Assembly (NCBI GenBank): GCA_009784815.1
Contig: WQXN01000001.1
Location: 140,876 to 204,875, forward strand
Direction: 5' to 3'
DNA length: 64,000 nt
Source of the DNA: Alphaproteobacteria bacterium
GTDB taxonomy: Bacteria; Pseudomonadota; Alphaproteobacteria; Rs-D84
In this document: positions 27,269 through 36,295 of the stretch, piece by piece
Numbering within the stretch: position 1 is the stretch's first letter
Layout of the letters: each line of letters starts with the position of its first letter
Notes under the pieces: generated by a model
What the model was told of the DNA's origin: nothing
What the model saw: the letters and a program-made list of their open reading frames with translations, nothing else
Databases searched by the model: none
Translations under genes and position numbers: made by a program

Positions 27269-28753
27269 ATGTTGCAAAAATTCAGAAGCGCTAACGACAC
27301 AGTATGGGCAAAGATACTTATGGCTGTACTTATATTCTCGTTCGTGGGATGGGGGGCGGCAAGTTGGATTTTCGGAGATACCGCGACCGACGATTCGATC
27401 ATAAGCATAGGGGGAGATCGCGTTCGCATAGCAGACTTCGAGGCCGAGCAGAACAGGCAGCTTGCTCAGATGGAGCGGGCGATGCGCCGGTCGATTTATT
27501 CGGACAAAGTCGTTAGGTTCTATTTCTCGCAGCAGATCTTGTCCAACCTGGCAAGCCGTATGCTTCTTGAGCGCCGCGCGCACGACATAGGGCTTGACGT
27601 TTCAAGCGCAAGCGTCGCCGCCATGATCAAGAACGCCCCGGAATTCCAGTCCAACGGATTCTTCAATGCCGATAAGTTCGACGCGATCCTGTCCGCCAAT
27701 CATTTGTCCGAGGCCGCTTTCGTCGACATACTTCGCCGCAATATGCTGCGCGAGATGCTGCTGACCGGAATCGCCGAAGGCCTTAGGTCGCCCGACTTTG
27801 TTAACACGATCCTGTTCAATACGCGCTTTGAAAACCGACGCATAGATTACGCCGCGATACGGTTTGACGATTACTCGGCTCAGGGCCGACCGACTGAAGA
27901 CGATCTGCGTCTTATTCACGCTCAGGCCAAGCGGATGGTGCCGGAATTCCGCACTTTCGCCATAGCCAAGGTAGGCGCCAAGGAAATGGATAACCCGGAC
28001 GAATTCGACGCGGCTTATGCGAAAATTCAAAAGCTTGAGGACGCGTTGATCGGCGGAGCGAATTTGAAAGAAGCCGCCGAGATCGCCGGTGCTAAGGTCA
28101 CCGAGGTAGCCCCCATAACGATCCAAAGAAAGACCGCCGCCGGTCGCGACGTAAATATGGATATTCTTACCGAAAGTCTGACGGCCGAGCTGTTCGGGCT
28201 TGATGAGGGCAGCGACACCGCCATAATAGAGTTGAAGGACGGATTTGCGATCGTGCGCGTCATGAAGGTCGAATTCGCGCGCGCGGTTCCGTTTGACGAT
28301 ATGAAAAAGGAATTGGAGGAGATATGGGTCGAGCGCGAGAAGGAAAAACAGGCCTATGTGCGCGCGAACGCCTTGCTGAAAGAATTGAACGAGAATCCTG
28401 CCGCCGGATTTCGCGCCGCGGCCAACAAGGCCGGAGTGCGCAGCTTTCAGCTGAACGCGAACATTACTCGCGCTATGACTTCGGTGTTCCCCGAGGAGGT
28501 TTTGAACCAGTCTTTCGCCGCCAAGCGCGGAACTCATATATTAATTCCGGGGCGCCGCGCGTTCTATGTGTCTTCTATTCGTAGCGTTGCGGCTCCTAAG
28601 ATGGATGCCGAGAGAATGGCCGCGATAAGGACCGAGGCTGATGCGCTGATGTCCAGGATGATCATGGATGATTACACGAACTTTTTGGCGCGTCAGTATC
28701 CGGTCAAGACCAATACCAGAATGTTTAACCGGCTGTTTAATATAAACGATTAA
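27269..28753 (+). CDS. periplasmic chaperone PpiD-like (SurA N-domain family)
   Basis: N-terminal anchor WAKILMAVLIFSFVGWG. Overall PpiD-like layout. 494 aa. Confidence 0.6.
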   Translation: MLQKFRSANDTVWAKILMAVLIFSFVGWGAASWIFGDTATDDSIISIGGDRVRIADFEAEQNRQLAQMERAMRRSIYSDKVVRFYFSQQILSNLASRMLLERRAHDIGLDVSSASVAAMIKNAPEFQSNGFFNADKFDAILSANHLSEAAFVDILRRNMLREMLLTGIAEGLRSPDFVNTILFNTRFENRRIDYAAIRFDDYSAQGRPTEDDLRLIHAQAKRMVPEFRTFAIAKVGAKEMDNPDEFDAAYAKIQKLEDALIGGANLKEAAEIAGAKVTEVAPITIQRKTAAGRDVNMDILTESLTAELFGLDEGSDTAIIELKDGFAIVRVMKVEFARAVPFDDMKKELEEIWVEREKEKQAYVRANALLKELNENPAAGFRAAANKAGVRSFQLNANITRAMTSVFPEEVLNQSFAAKRGTHILIPGRRAFYVSSIRSVAAPKMDAERMAAIRTEADALMSRMIMDDYTNFLARQYPVKTNTRMFNRLFNIND

Positions 28754-28801
28754 TATTTTAGTTGCAAATATGGCGCGATGCGGTTATAGTCCCGGTTACG
28801 T

Positions 28802-28877
<76 letters not shown>

Positions 28878-29159
28878 TTACTCTGCGGAGTGTATAGAAT
28901 CTCTGCAATTATCTAAATTATCCTGCAGTTCTGCGGGATTTTTCATGCCATTGACTATGGTATACCCAAAAGGTACGCCTTAACTATCCCCCTTTCTATA
29001 CAATGGCCTATTTCGCCGAGTTAATAAAATTATCTTGATTTTTAAGACGTTTTGTGGTATGCTTACAAGCAAGTAAATAGTGGCAATTTATCTGCCACAA
29101 TCTATTTAACCCCGTTTTTTGTGGGGCTTTTTTTTATCCAATTTTTTTGAGGAGAGAAT

Positions 29160-30011
29160 ATGAAACAAAACAACAACTTTTTTGTTGAGCAGTCTCGCAA
29201 TTCTGAAATAAAGACGCAGATTGTTTTGACAATGTTCAGTTTATGGCTGAAAAATAATAAAACCAAAAAAGATTTATCATATATTGATTTGTTTTCTGGG
29301 CCCGGACTTTACGACGATGGAACATTATCGACACCAGTATGTATTTTGCAGGAAATATGTGCGACCAAGGCCATGGCGCAAAAATTTAATGTAGTTCTAA
29401 ATGACCATAAGGCAGGAATCATCGCAAAGCTTCGACGTGCGATTGCGAATATCAGGAATGCTAAATTTCTAAAAACTTTGGCAACTTCGGTTGCCAATAC
29501 CGGGGAAAAACCGCAAGTGCTAAATAGCGAGCATTGTTTTATGTTTCTTGATCCTTGGGGCTGGAAAGGCATGCATAGAAATTACATCAATACGGCATTG
29601 CAAAATAAAAATTGCGAAATGGCACTAATGTTCAGTTTTAACCAATTTAATCGATTTATGAATTTTGATAAAATTAAAGGGATTTTTGACGATTTATTTG
29701 ACGCTAAAACATTAAAAGAAATAAGAGATTTTTGTGCAAATAATCCAAAAGCCAATAAAGAGAATTTCGTGTTGAATAAATTTATTAAAATGATTACTAG
29801 CACTTGCGACAATTGTCATTGCCTGCCGTTCAAGTTCAAAATGGAAAATTCATTAAAGACAAGCCATTATGTGATTTTCATAATCCGCGATAAAAAGAGA
29901 TTCAAGGTTGCACAGGCAAAACTGGAGCAATTCGCCAATTATGCGGACGATGTTTTATGTTATTCTCCAAAACATGCTGATAAAAATATGTTGCTGGAAT
30001 TATCAAAATAA
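29160..30011 (+). CDS. TcmP-like (three-Cys-motif partner) protein, short form
   Basis: YIDLFSGPGLY...STP and MFLDPWGWKG, collinear with the motifs of the ORF at 14020. GAGGAG RBS. Confidence 0.55.
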   Translation: MKQNNNFFVEQSRNSEIKTQIVLTMFSLWLKNNKTKKDLSYIDLFSGPGLYDDGTLSTPVCILQEICATKAMAQKFNVVLNDHKAGIIAKLRRAIANIRNAKFLKTLATSVANTGEKPQVLNSEHCFMFLDPWGWKGMHRNYINTALQNKNCEMALMFSFNQFNRFMNFDKIKGIFDDLFDAKTLKEIRDFCANNPKANKENFVLNKFIKMITSTCDNCHCLPFKFKMENSLKTSHYVIFIIRDKKRFKVAQAKLEQFANYADDVLCYSPKHADKNMLLELSK

Positions 30012-30029
30012 AATTGATAGGATCGTGTC

Positions 30030-30770
30030 ATGGCTATGAATTCTAATCTTGAATGGACTGATGCGACATGGAATCCGCTCGTCGGATGTTCAAAATACAG
30101 TGACGGGTGCAAAAATTGTTATGCCATGCCAATTGCGGAACGTCTGCGCGAACAAGGTATAGCCGGGTATGAAAATGGATTCAAATTAACTTTGCGACCA
30201 GAGCGGTTGGAAATGCCCTTGCATTGGAAAAAGTCGCGCCTGGTGTTCGTAGATTCCATGTGCGACCTATTTCATGACGATGTGCCCTTGGAATATATAC
30301 AGAAAGTTTTTGCAATTATGAAACGTGCCGATTGGCATATATATACAATATTAACCAAACGCTCGCGTCGTATGCGTGAGCTGTCTAAGCACTTGGAATG
30401 GTTGCCGCATATTGTTGCAGGCATAACGATTGAAAGCGACAAATATATTGACCGACTTGACGACCTGAAAGCCGTGCCCGCACAAATGCGATATCTGTCG
30501 TTAGAGCCATTGCTATCGTCGATTCCGCGGCTGGATTTAACCGACATAGATTGGGTTATAGTTGGCGGTGAATCCGGTTCGAACGCACGACCTATGGATG
30601 CGGATTGGGCGCGCAAAATCCGCGATTGGACATTGTCGCAAGGCAAGGCATTTTGGTTCAAACAATATAGCGGGCATGGTTGTTATGGCGCAATGCCACC
30701 ACCGGTTTTAGATGGAAATGAATACAAGCAATTTCCAGAATTCAAGCGCGGCGATTTAAGCTTATTTTAG
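30030..30770 (+). CDS. DUF5131 / phage Gp37-Gp68 family three-Cys protein
   Basis: N terminus LEWTDATWNPLVGCSKYSDGCKNCYA (C-x6-C-x2-C) and later WVIVGGESG are characteristic as I recall the family. Confidence 0.7.
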   Translation: MAMNSNLEWTDATWNPLVGCSKYSDGCKNCYAMPIAERLREQGIAGYENGFKLTLRPERLEMPLHWKKSRLVFVDSMCDLFHDDVPLEYIQKVFAIMKRADWHIYTILTKRSRRMRELSKHLEWLPHIVAGITIESDKYIDRLDDLKAVPAQMRYLSLEPLLSSIPRLDLTDIDWVIVGGESGSNARPMDADWARKIRDWTLSQGKAFWFKQYSGHGCYGAMPPPVLDGNEYKQFPEFKRGDLSLF

Positions 30771-30876
30771 GCAAAAGAGTTACAAGTTCATACCATGTGT
30801 GCCAGACTATAAATTTCTTGCCTTATGAATTGAAGTATGGCAAAATTAGCAAAAGAATACTGGCTCACCAAAAATC

Positions 30877-30896
30877 AAACGCCCCGAAGGGCGTTT
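30877..30896. terminator. bidirectional terminator hairpin
   Basis: aaacgccc-cgaa-gggcgttt with flanking A and T runs, between convergent genes. Confidence 0.6.
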
Positions 30897-30959
30897 TATT
30901 TTTGTAATGGAGCGCAGGGTCGAACCGACGGGCCAAGCCGCGAAGCGTCGGGCGGTTCG

Positions 30960-31679
30960 CTAGGCCATATTGATCCGAATATCGCCTTTTGATTTGGCGT
31001 TGTCTATAAAGTCCAAAAAGGCTTGCGTAATTACTTTTTGTCCGTTTGTGTTCGGGTGCGTGCCGTCTTCGCACAAAAGCAGGTCCGGTCTGCGGTGTTT
31101 CAAAAACGCGCCGCGAAGATCTATCAAAAGAGTACCTGTTTCGGCGGCTATTTTTTCCACGGCCCTTGAGTAGCGCTCTTGATGACGATATATAAGCTGT
31201 ACGTCTTCCAGCCATTTCATCACGTTTTCTTTATTCAGCCCCTTGCAGAACCAATTGAAAAACTTTTGCGCGTCCAAGGGCGGCAGGGTGGTCAAAATAG
31301 GACGTATGCCTTTCTCTTTTAATAAATTGATGGCTTTGCGGTAAGTGTCTATGAAAATATCCAGCGGTGTGCTTGGAAGATGTTCTTCGTTTGGACGCTC
31401 GGCTATTTCGTGCCATTTGTAATCGCAATCGTTGCCGCCAAAGTCCATCACCACAGCGTCGCAGATAGGTTCGTCGCCGCTTAGACGTTTATCTATTAAC
31501 GAAAATCCCTTGGTTATCGTGCAGCCGAATTTTGAAAAGTTCTTTATATCCAAAAAATACGTGCTTTCTATCGACGAAATGTCTATGTTGTTGTTGATAT
31601 GATAGCGCATGCCGGAATCAAGCTGTATGCCTTTTAGTATAGAGTCTCCAAAAACTTCAACCTTTTTTCTTACTTTCAT
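30960..31679 (-). CDS. SGNH/GDSL-family hydrolase
   Basis: N-terminal VFGDSILKG (GDS block). C-terminal DGTHPN (DxxH block). Confidence 0.65.
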   Translation of the reverse strand: MKVRKKVEVFGDSILKGIQLDSGMRYHINNNIDISSIESTYFLDIKNFSKFGCTITKGFSLIDKRLSGDEPICDAVVMDFGGNDCDYKWHEIAERPNEEHLPSTPLDIFIDTYRKAINLLKEKGIRPILTTLPPLDAQKFFNWFCKGLNKENVMKWLEDVQLIYRHQERYSRAVEKIAAETGTLLIDLRGAFLKHRRPDLLLCEDGTHPNTNGQKVITQAFLDFIDNAKSKGDIRINMA

Positions 31680-31707
31680 GTTTTTCCCTCTTGTTTTTAA
31701 TCCTTTC

Positions 31708-33288
31708 TTACTCTTTCTTGATTGGATAATCGCCCGCGATCAGTTTTTCGCGCACTACGTGGTGGCGCACTTTCTTTGTCGATGTTAGCGGAAGTTCGTC
31801 CGTTGTTATCGCGTAGTGCGTTACCCATTTATAGCTGGCGACTTTTTTATTTGCGTCCGCTATATGCGCGCCAAGCGACGCCAAGTTCACACCTTCTTCG
31901 ACGGAAAACACGGCGTAGGCCACGGTTTTGTCTTTTACCGTATGTTCGAATACCGCGACATTCTTGACGCCGGGCAGGGTTATGTACATTCCTTCCAACT
32001 CGTCCGGGTAGAGGTTTTTGCCGCTATCAAGCACTATGACTTGCTTTTTTCGCCCGCGAAAACGGTATTCGCCGTTCTTGTCTATGGACACCAAATCTCC
32101 GGTGTTGAACCAGCCGTCCTTGTCGAATACTTCCTTGTTCGCTTCGGGATTGTTCAAATACCCTTTGAACACGTTTGCTCCGCGCAGCCATAACGTTCCT
32201 ATGCCTTCGGAGTTAACGCTGCGCATTTGCGCTTCATTGCCCTTTAACGGTTTTCCGAATGAATAAGGCATGCGTCCCGGAACCGGGTGCGAGCCGCAGA
32301 TCGGGCCGACCGTTTCGGTAAGGCCGTATCCCTGGGTGAACAGCAGTCCCAAATTGGCGTAGAAATCCTCGACCTCGGGCTTGGTTGCGGCGCCGCCGGC
32401 GACAAGCAGCCGCGCGCGGCCTCCGAATACTTCCAGGATCTTGCCTTGGATTTTACGCACCAGGAATCCCAAGCCGATCTTGGTCAAAAATTTATTGTGC
32501 TTTAAAACGAAACTTACCAATCCAAGTTTTTTCTGACGTTTTAATTCGTCCAATATTTTCCCGCGGAACAACTCGAATACTCGGGGGACGGCCGGTATGA
32601 TTTGCGGCTTGAATTCTTTGAAATCCGCTATTATAAGTTTTGGGTCCACCGTCGGTTGCAGCAGTACCTGCGCGCCGAATTTCAAAGTCAGGAATATCGC
32701 GGCCGCAAATCCGAACACGTGATACAGTGGTAGGAACCCGTACACTATGTCCGAATCATTGAACGCATAACTGAACGATTCCAGAGACTCGACGGTTCCG
32801 ACCAGGTTGTAATGGTCAAGCGGCACGATTTTCGGCACTCCGGTCGATCCTGACGTGAAAGACAGGGTGGCTATGTCTTCCGGCTTGCTGTCGAACGGTT
32901 TTAATTTTGGATCGGCTTTGCCGTCTTTGGTCGCGATGTCGTAAAATTTAAATTCTTTGGAATCGTAAAAGAAATCCTTGTTCGCTATTATGATTTTGCA
33001 TTTGGTAGTTCTTGCCATATTGTCATATTCGAACGAGGTAAGGTTCGTGTCCAGCAGCAATACGCGCCCGCCAAGATACCATATTGCGAACAACGTCAAA
33101 GGCCATTCCATAGTGTTGTAAGCCAGTAGCCCGACCGTATCGCCGTTTTTAACGCCCGCGGCCGAAAGCGACGTCGCCCGCGCGCGCACCCTGTCCACAA
33201 ATTGCGGGTAAGTGATTTTTTCGCGGGTTAGAAACACGTTGTTCGGAAAACGCTTTGCGGTATTTTCCAATAATTCATACATATTCAT
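31708..33288 (-). CDS. AMP-dependent acyl-CoA synthetase/ligase
   Basis: SFTSGSTGVPKIV, GYGLTET and TGDL motifs. 526 aa. Confidence 0.8.
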   Translation of the reverse strand: MNMYELLENTAKRFPNNVFLTREKITYPQFVDRVRARATSLSAAGVKNGDTVGLLAYNTMEWPLTLFAIWYLGGRVLLLDTNLTSFEYDNMARTTKCKIIIANKDFFYDSKEFKFYDIATKDGKADPKLKPFDSKPEDIATLSFTSGSTGVPKIVPLDHYNLVGTVESLESFSYAFNDSDIVYGFLPLYHVFGFAAAIFLTLKFGAQVLLQPTVDPKLIIADFKEFKPQIIPAVPRVFELFRGKILDELKRQKKLGLVSFVLKHNKFLTKIGLGFLVRKIQGKILEVFGGRARLLVAGGAATKPEVEDFYANLGLLFTQGYGLTETVGPICGSHPVPGRMPYSFGKPLKGNEAQMRSVNSEGIGTLWLRGANVFKGYLNNPEANKEVFDKDGWFNTGDLVSIDKNGEYRFRGRKKQVIVLDSGKNLYPDELEGMYITLPGVKNVAVFEHTVKDKTVAYAVFSVEEGVNLASLGAHIADANKKVASYKWVTHYAITTDELPLTSTKKVRHHVVREKLIAGDYPIKKE

Positions 33289-33431
33289 TTTTTATTCCTT
33301 TTTTTAACGCCCGTGCGCAAATCTGTGCAGGACCTGCTGATTATATGTAATAAAATATTAAAAATCAACCTTGATTTTTTAATTTATTGTGTGTACAATA
33401 AATTATTCCGCGGATAACAGGGGAGAATAAA

Positions 33432-33758
33432 TTGGCAATAGTGAAAAAAATTTTGTCGCGCCCGAAGAAAATAGGGATAAAAATCAGGTCTTTGCATGAA
33501 ACCTACAAGACGATCACGACGATCGAAAAAAAATTAACGGCATTGAAACGGCTTGCGCGGGTAAAGAAGGCCGCCGCTAGGTTGCGCGCTGTGAAATCGG
33601 CCCGAGGACGCCCGAAAAAATCCGTCACTAAACAACGCGTCGATATGAGGTTTGATCCCGACGTGATCAATGGGCTGAAATCTCACTTTGGACGCGGGTG
33701 GTCTACAAAGGTTAATGATGAAATGCGCAAGCTGCTGGTTAAATCCAAGGTGTTGTAA
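33432..33758 (+). CDS. BrnA-like antitoxin-family protein (no adjacent toxin)
   Basis: RGRPKKSVTKQRVDMRFDPDVINGLKSHFGRGWSTKVNDEMRKLL matches my recollection of the BrnA C-terminal pattern. TTG start after GGGGAG. Confidence 0.5.
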   Translation: MAIVKKILSRPKKIGIKIRSLHETYKTITTIEKKLTALKRLARVKKAAARLRAVKSARGRPKKSVTKQRVDMRFDPDVINGLKSHFGRGWSTKVNDEMRKLLVKSKVL

Positions 33759-33781
33759 AATTAAATTTCCGACTTTTTTAA

Positions 33782-34666
33782 TCATGTGCGCATTTTTATT
33801 TGTTCTTGCAGAGATGCGCGGTCTTCGTCGGGCGCGTAGGTGTAAAAATGCGCGTGAGAACAGAACGAATAGTCCCATATTTTATTTATATCCAATTCTA
33901 TGCCGGAGAGCTGTTCGTAATAATCGACTATTCGCGATAATGTTTCAAGATTGTAATGCAGTCCCATTTGGCTGAAGTCGAAATGTATGTCGCCTATGCC
34001 GCTGTCTCCGAAATCGTATATGCCCGCGATTTCCTGTCCGTCGAAATCGAACGCTATGTTTTTCGGCATTATGTCGAAGTGAGAAAATTTTATGATCGCG
34101 CGGTCGTGGGTCAGGGAAAAATTTTCATAGAAGGATTTTAGGAATTCTTTTTCTGGCGCAGAAAAATTATTATCATTTAGCGTCATTTCCAATACTTCGT
34201 TCGGTTTAAGATATTTTCTGAAAAACCTGTCCCATTCGGGCAGCTGTATTTTTTCCGTGACCTTGTCGGTTAAGGAATGGAGTTTAAAAACGAAGGAGGC
34301 TATGTTTTCGCAAAATTTTTGTTGCGCCGCGGCGGGTAGTTTTGACAGCTGGTTTTGATCTATGTTATCGCCGGGTATCTTTCTATAAAAGCTGTAAAAA
34401 TATTCTTGGTCGCTAAGTTTTGGTTCGGGGATTTTTAGGTTTGTTTCGCCTTGCAGCAGGTTCAAAAGATCTCTTTCTAAAACCAGCTTTTGTATTTTGC
34501 TTTCTTTCCTTGGGAATTTGGCTATCGTGTCGCCGTTTATTTCGAAGGCGTAGGTGTTTTCTGCATTTTTGCAGGGCGGGGCAAGCGATTTGATTTCAAA
34601 GTCGCGGGATAGGAGGTCATGCATGAACTGCGCGTCGAAGGCTTGTGCGGGGGATAGTATTTTCAT
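33782..34666 (-). CDS. aminoglycoside-phosphotransferase-like (APH/ePK-fold) kinase
   Basis: Catalytic loop HFDIMPKN (HxDxxxxN) and IYDFGDSGIGD. 294 aa. AT-rich. Confidence 0.65.
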   Translation of the reverse strand: MKILSPAQAFDAQFMHDLLSRDFEIKSLAPPCKNAENTYAFEINGDTIAKFPRKESKIQKLVLERDLLNLLQGETNLKIPEPKLSDQEYFYSFYRKIPGDNIDQNQLSKLPAAAQQKFCENIASFVFKLHSLTDKVTEKIQLPEWDRFFRKYLKPNEVLEMTLNDNNFSAPEKEFLKSFYENFSLTHDRAIIKFSHFDIMPKNIAFDFDGQEIAGIYDFGDSGIGDIHFDFSQMGLHYNLETLSRIVDYYEQLSGIELDINKIWDYSFCSHAHFYTYAPDEDRASLQEQIKMRT

Positions 34667-34692
34667 AATGCCATGATACTGTCTGTCGGGAA

Positions 34693-34974
34693 TTAAAGCA
34701 ATGTCAAACTGTCCGTGTTTTGTTTATTTTTATTAAATTCCCTTCGGGCGGCGCGCCAAATTTCTATAAATTCTTCCAAGTCGGTATCAGTTGCTTCAAG
34801 AACCTTGCATACTGTTCTTACGGTGGGCCACCGGGCTTGGCCGAATTTTGAAAGCCTTTTGCTTGGATTCATGGCGGTCGCGTCAAGTCCGGACATTCTT
34901 GCAAGTCCGCTTAAAGTCTTGCCGTTTCTTTCCGCTATGATTTCCATTATTCTCCAGGTTTCTTCGTGCGTCAT
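34693..34974 (-). CDS. XRE-type helix-turn-helix regulator
   Basis: GKTLSGLARMSGLDATAMNPSKR...ARWPTVRTVCKVLEAT resembles the HTH N-domain of phage-repressor-like proteins. Lies 26 nt upstream of the kinase gene. Confidence 0.6.
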   Translation of the reverse strand: MTHEETWRIMEIIAERNGKTLSGLARMSGLDATAMNPSKRLSKFGQARWPTVRTVCKVLEATDTDLEEFIEIWRAARREFNKNKQNTDSLTLL

Positions 34975-35021
34975 AGTTTCCTCCGGTTGGTTAATGAAAA
35001 ACCACCCAGAAGATTCTAAGT

Positions 35022-35150
35022 GGTTGGAGGTTAAGAACTACACATAGCATAGTGCGGCTTATTCTATATATTCGCCGCCCTCCAACCTGGGTTGGATACG
35101 CTATGTGGTCAGGTTCTTACACCTCGGCGCGGGCAACTCGCCCACGCTGG
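35022..35150. ncRNA. candidate structured RNA, unclassified
   Basis: Nested Watson-Crick complementarity in a 223-nt intergenic gap. 35027-35048 pairs with 35100-35125, gcggc with gccgc (35054/35074), and ccaac with gttgg (35082/35091). There is also an 8-bp GC hairpin at about 35127-35147. Confidence 0.3.
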
Positions 35151-35197
35151 GCGCATTGTATCATAGGTTTGTTTTCGGGTCAAGTTTTTGGAAAGCT

Positions 35198-35599
35198 TTA
35201 GATTTTTCCTGAAATCACGTTGCCGTGAGGATCGGCGTAGCAGCGGCGGCCCGACATACTAGCTTTGAAAAATCCGCCCGGATAGACTTTGATGCCGCGT
35301 TGGTTCTGCGCCAAAATTCTGTCCGATCCGATAAGGTCCGCGCGACGACCCATGACCAGTCGCCCTATGCTGTCGCGAAGGCCCGAGCAGGTTTCGCTTC
35401 GGTACGGAGCAAGCACAACGGGTCCGGTTTTCTTCAAGCCGGAAAGATCGTATTTGTAGTAAAAATTCCTGATTATATGCGCTTGGTATGGCGAAAGCCG
35501 CATCAGGTCTATCAAACGCTCTACCTCGAAGAAAATCATTTCCAAATGCTCCATTTCTAATCCTGTTTCCATTACAGAAAATTCCGCTGTCGCTTTCAA
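35198..35599 (-). CDS. hypothetical protein
   Basis: 133-aa ORF with no recognisable motif. Confidence 0.4.
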   Translation of the reverse strand: MKATAEFSVMETGLEMEHLEMIFFEVERLIDLMRLSPYQAHIIRNFYYKYDLSGLKKTGPVVLAPYRSETCSGLRDSIGRLVMGRRADLIGSDRILAQNQRGIKVYPGGFFKASMSGRRCYADPHGNVISGKI

Positions 35600-35713
35600 T
35601 AAGCCTCTATCCCTAGGAATTCAGAGCTCCATATCTGCGCAGCATAAACGCTTGCAGATATGGGGACTCTGGTCCCAAACATGGGAAATTTAAGGAAAAT
35701 ATTTGAAAATAGC

Positions 35714-35741
35714 TTGACTTTTTGGGAAGCATGATTATAAT
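35714..35741 (+). promoter_or_regulatory. sigma70-like promoter of the str operon
   Basis: TTGACT-16 nt-TATAAT. The extended -35 TTGACTTTTTGG is shared with the rplQ promoter at 56415. Confidence 0.5.
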
Positions 35742-35914
35742 TAATACACTTTGATCGAAAATGATCAATAGTGAAAAACACAAGAAAACTGCAAGAAAAC
35801 TGCGAAAAATTCAGAGTTTTCAGCAGATTTATAAACCAGGCGATTGGGCTTGGAATAAATCTGTCCGGGTGTCTTGTCGTTAAGTAAAAACGAAATTAAA
35901 ACAAAGGGTTATTG

Positions 35915-36292
35915 ATGCCAACCGTCAACCAACTGATTCGCAAAGGTCGTACTAATAAAACGAATCGAAAAAAGACGCCCGCTATGCAGTCTTGTCCGCA
36001 AAAGCGTGGAGTTTGCACAAGGGTTTATACTACGACTCCGAAAAAACCTAACTCGGCGCTTAGAAAAGTTGCCCGCGTTAAATTGGCGAACGGTTTGGAA
36101 GTTACGGCTTATATCCCGGGAGAAGGACATAATTTGCAAGAGCACTCGGTAGTAGCAATTCGCGGTGGGCGTGTTCCGGACTTGGCCGGTGTGCGCTATC
36201 ACGTAATTCGAGGAGTGCTGGATACTCAGGGCGTCGCCGCCAGGAAACAGGCCAGGTCGCTGTACGGTTCGAAAAAGAAAAAGCAAGGATAA
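35915..36292 (+). CDS. rpsL: 30S ribosomal protein S12
   Basis: [12 protein letters not shown] and [14 protein letters not shown] at 35915 is preferred over the TTG at 35912. Confidence 0.95.
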   Translation: MPTVNQLIRKGRTNKTNRKKTPAMQSCPQKRGVCTRVYTTTPKKPNSALRKVARVKLANGLEVTAYIPGEGHNLQEHSVVAIRGGRVPDLAGVRYHVIRGVLDTQGVAARKQARSLYGSKKKKQG

Positions 36293-36295
36293 GAC

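Noticed and set aside
27602-28537. 311-aa minus-strand ORF
   Set aside because: It is antisense to the ppiD-like gene and has no independent signals.
30780-30960. Possible two-piece (permuted) alphaproteobacterial tmRNA
   Set aside because: The idea was that the ...GCGCTCCA end could pair with the GGGGCGT 30 nt downstream to form a G3:U70 acceptor stem. I rejected it for four reasons. The T stem does not form (GTCGG versus CTGCG). CCA is not encoded. GGGGCGT is better explained as half of the terminator hairpin. The only Ala-initiated frame downstream (ANFAILQFIRQ...) lacks a tmRNA-like tag ending and would overlap the DUF5131 gene.
35100-35125. SRP (4.5S) RNA, suggested by the GGTCAGGT string
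   Set aside because: The conserved GGAA tetraloop and the GGAAGCAGC 3' strand of helix 8 are absent.
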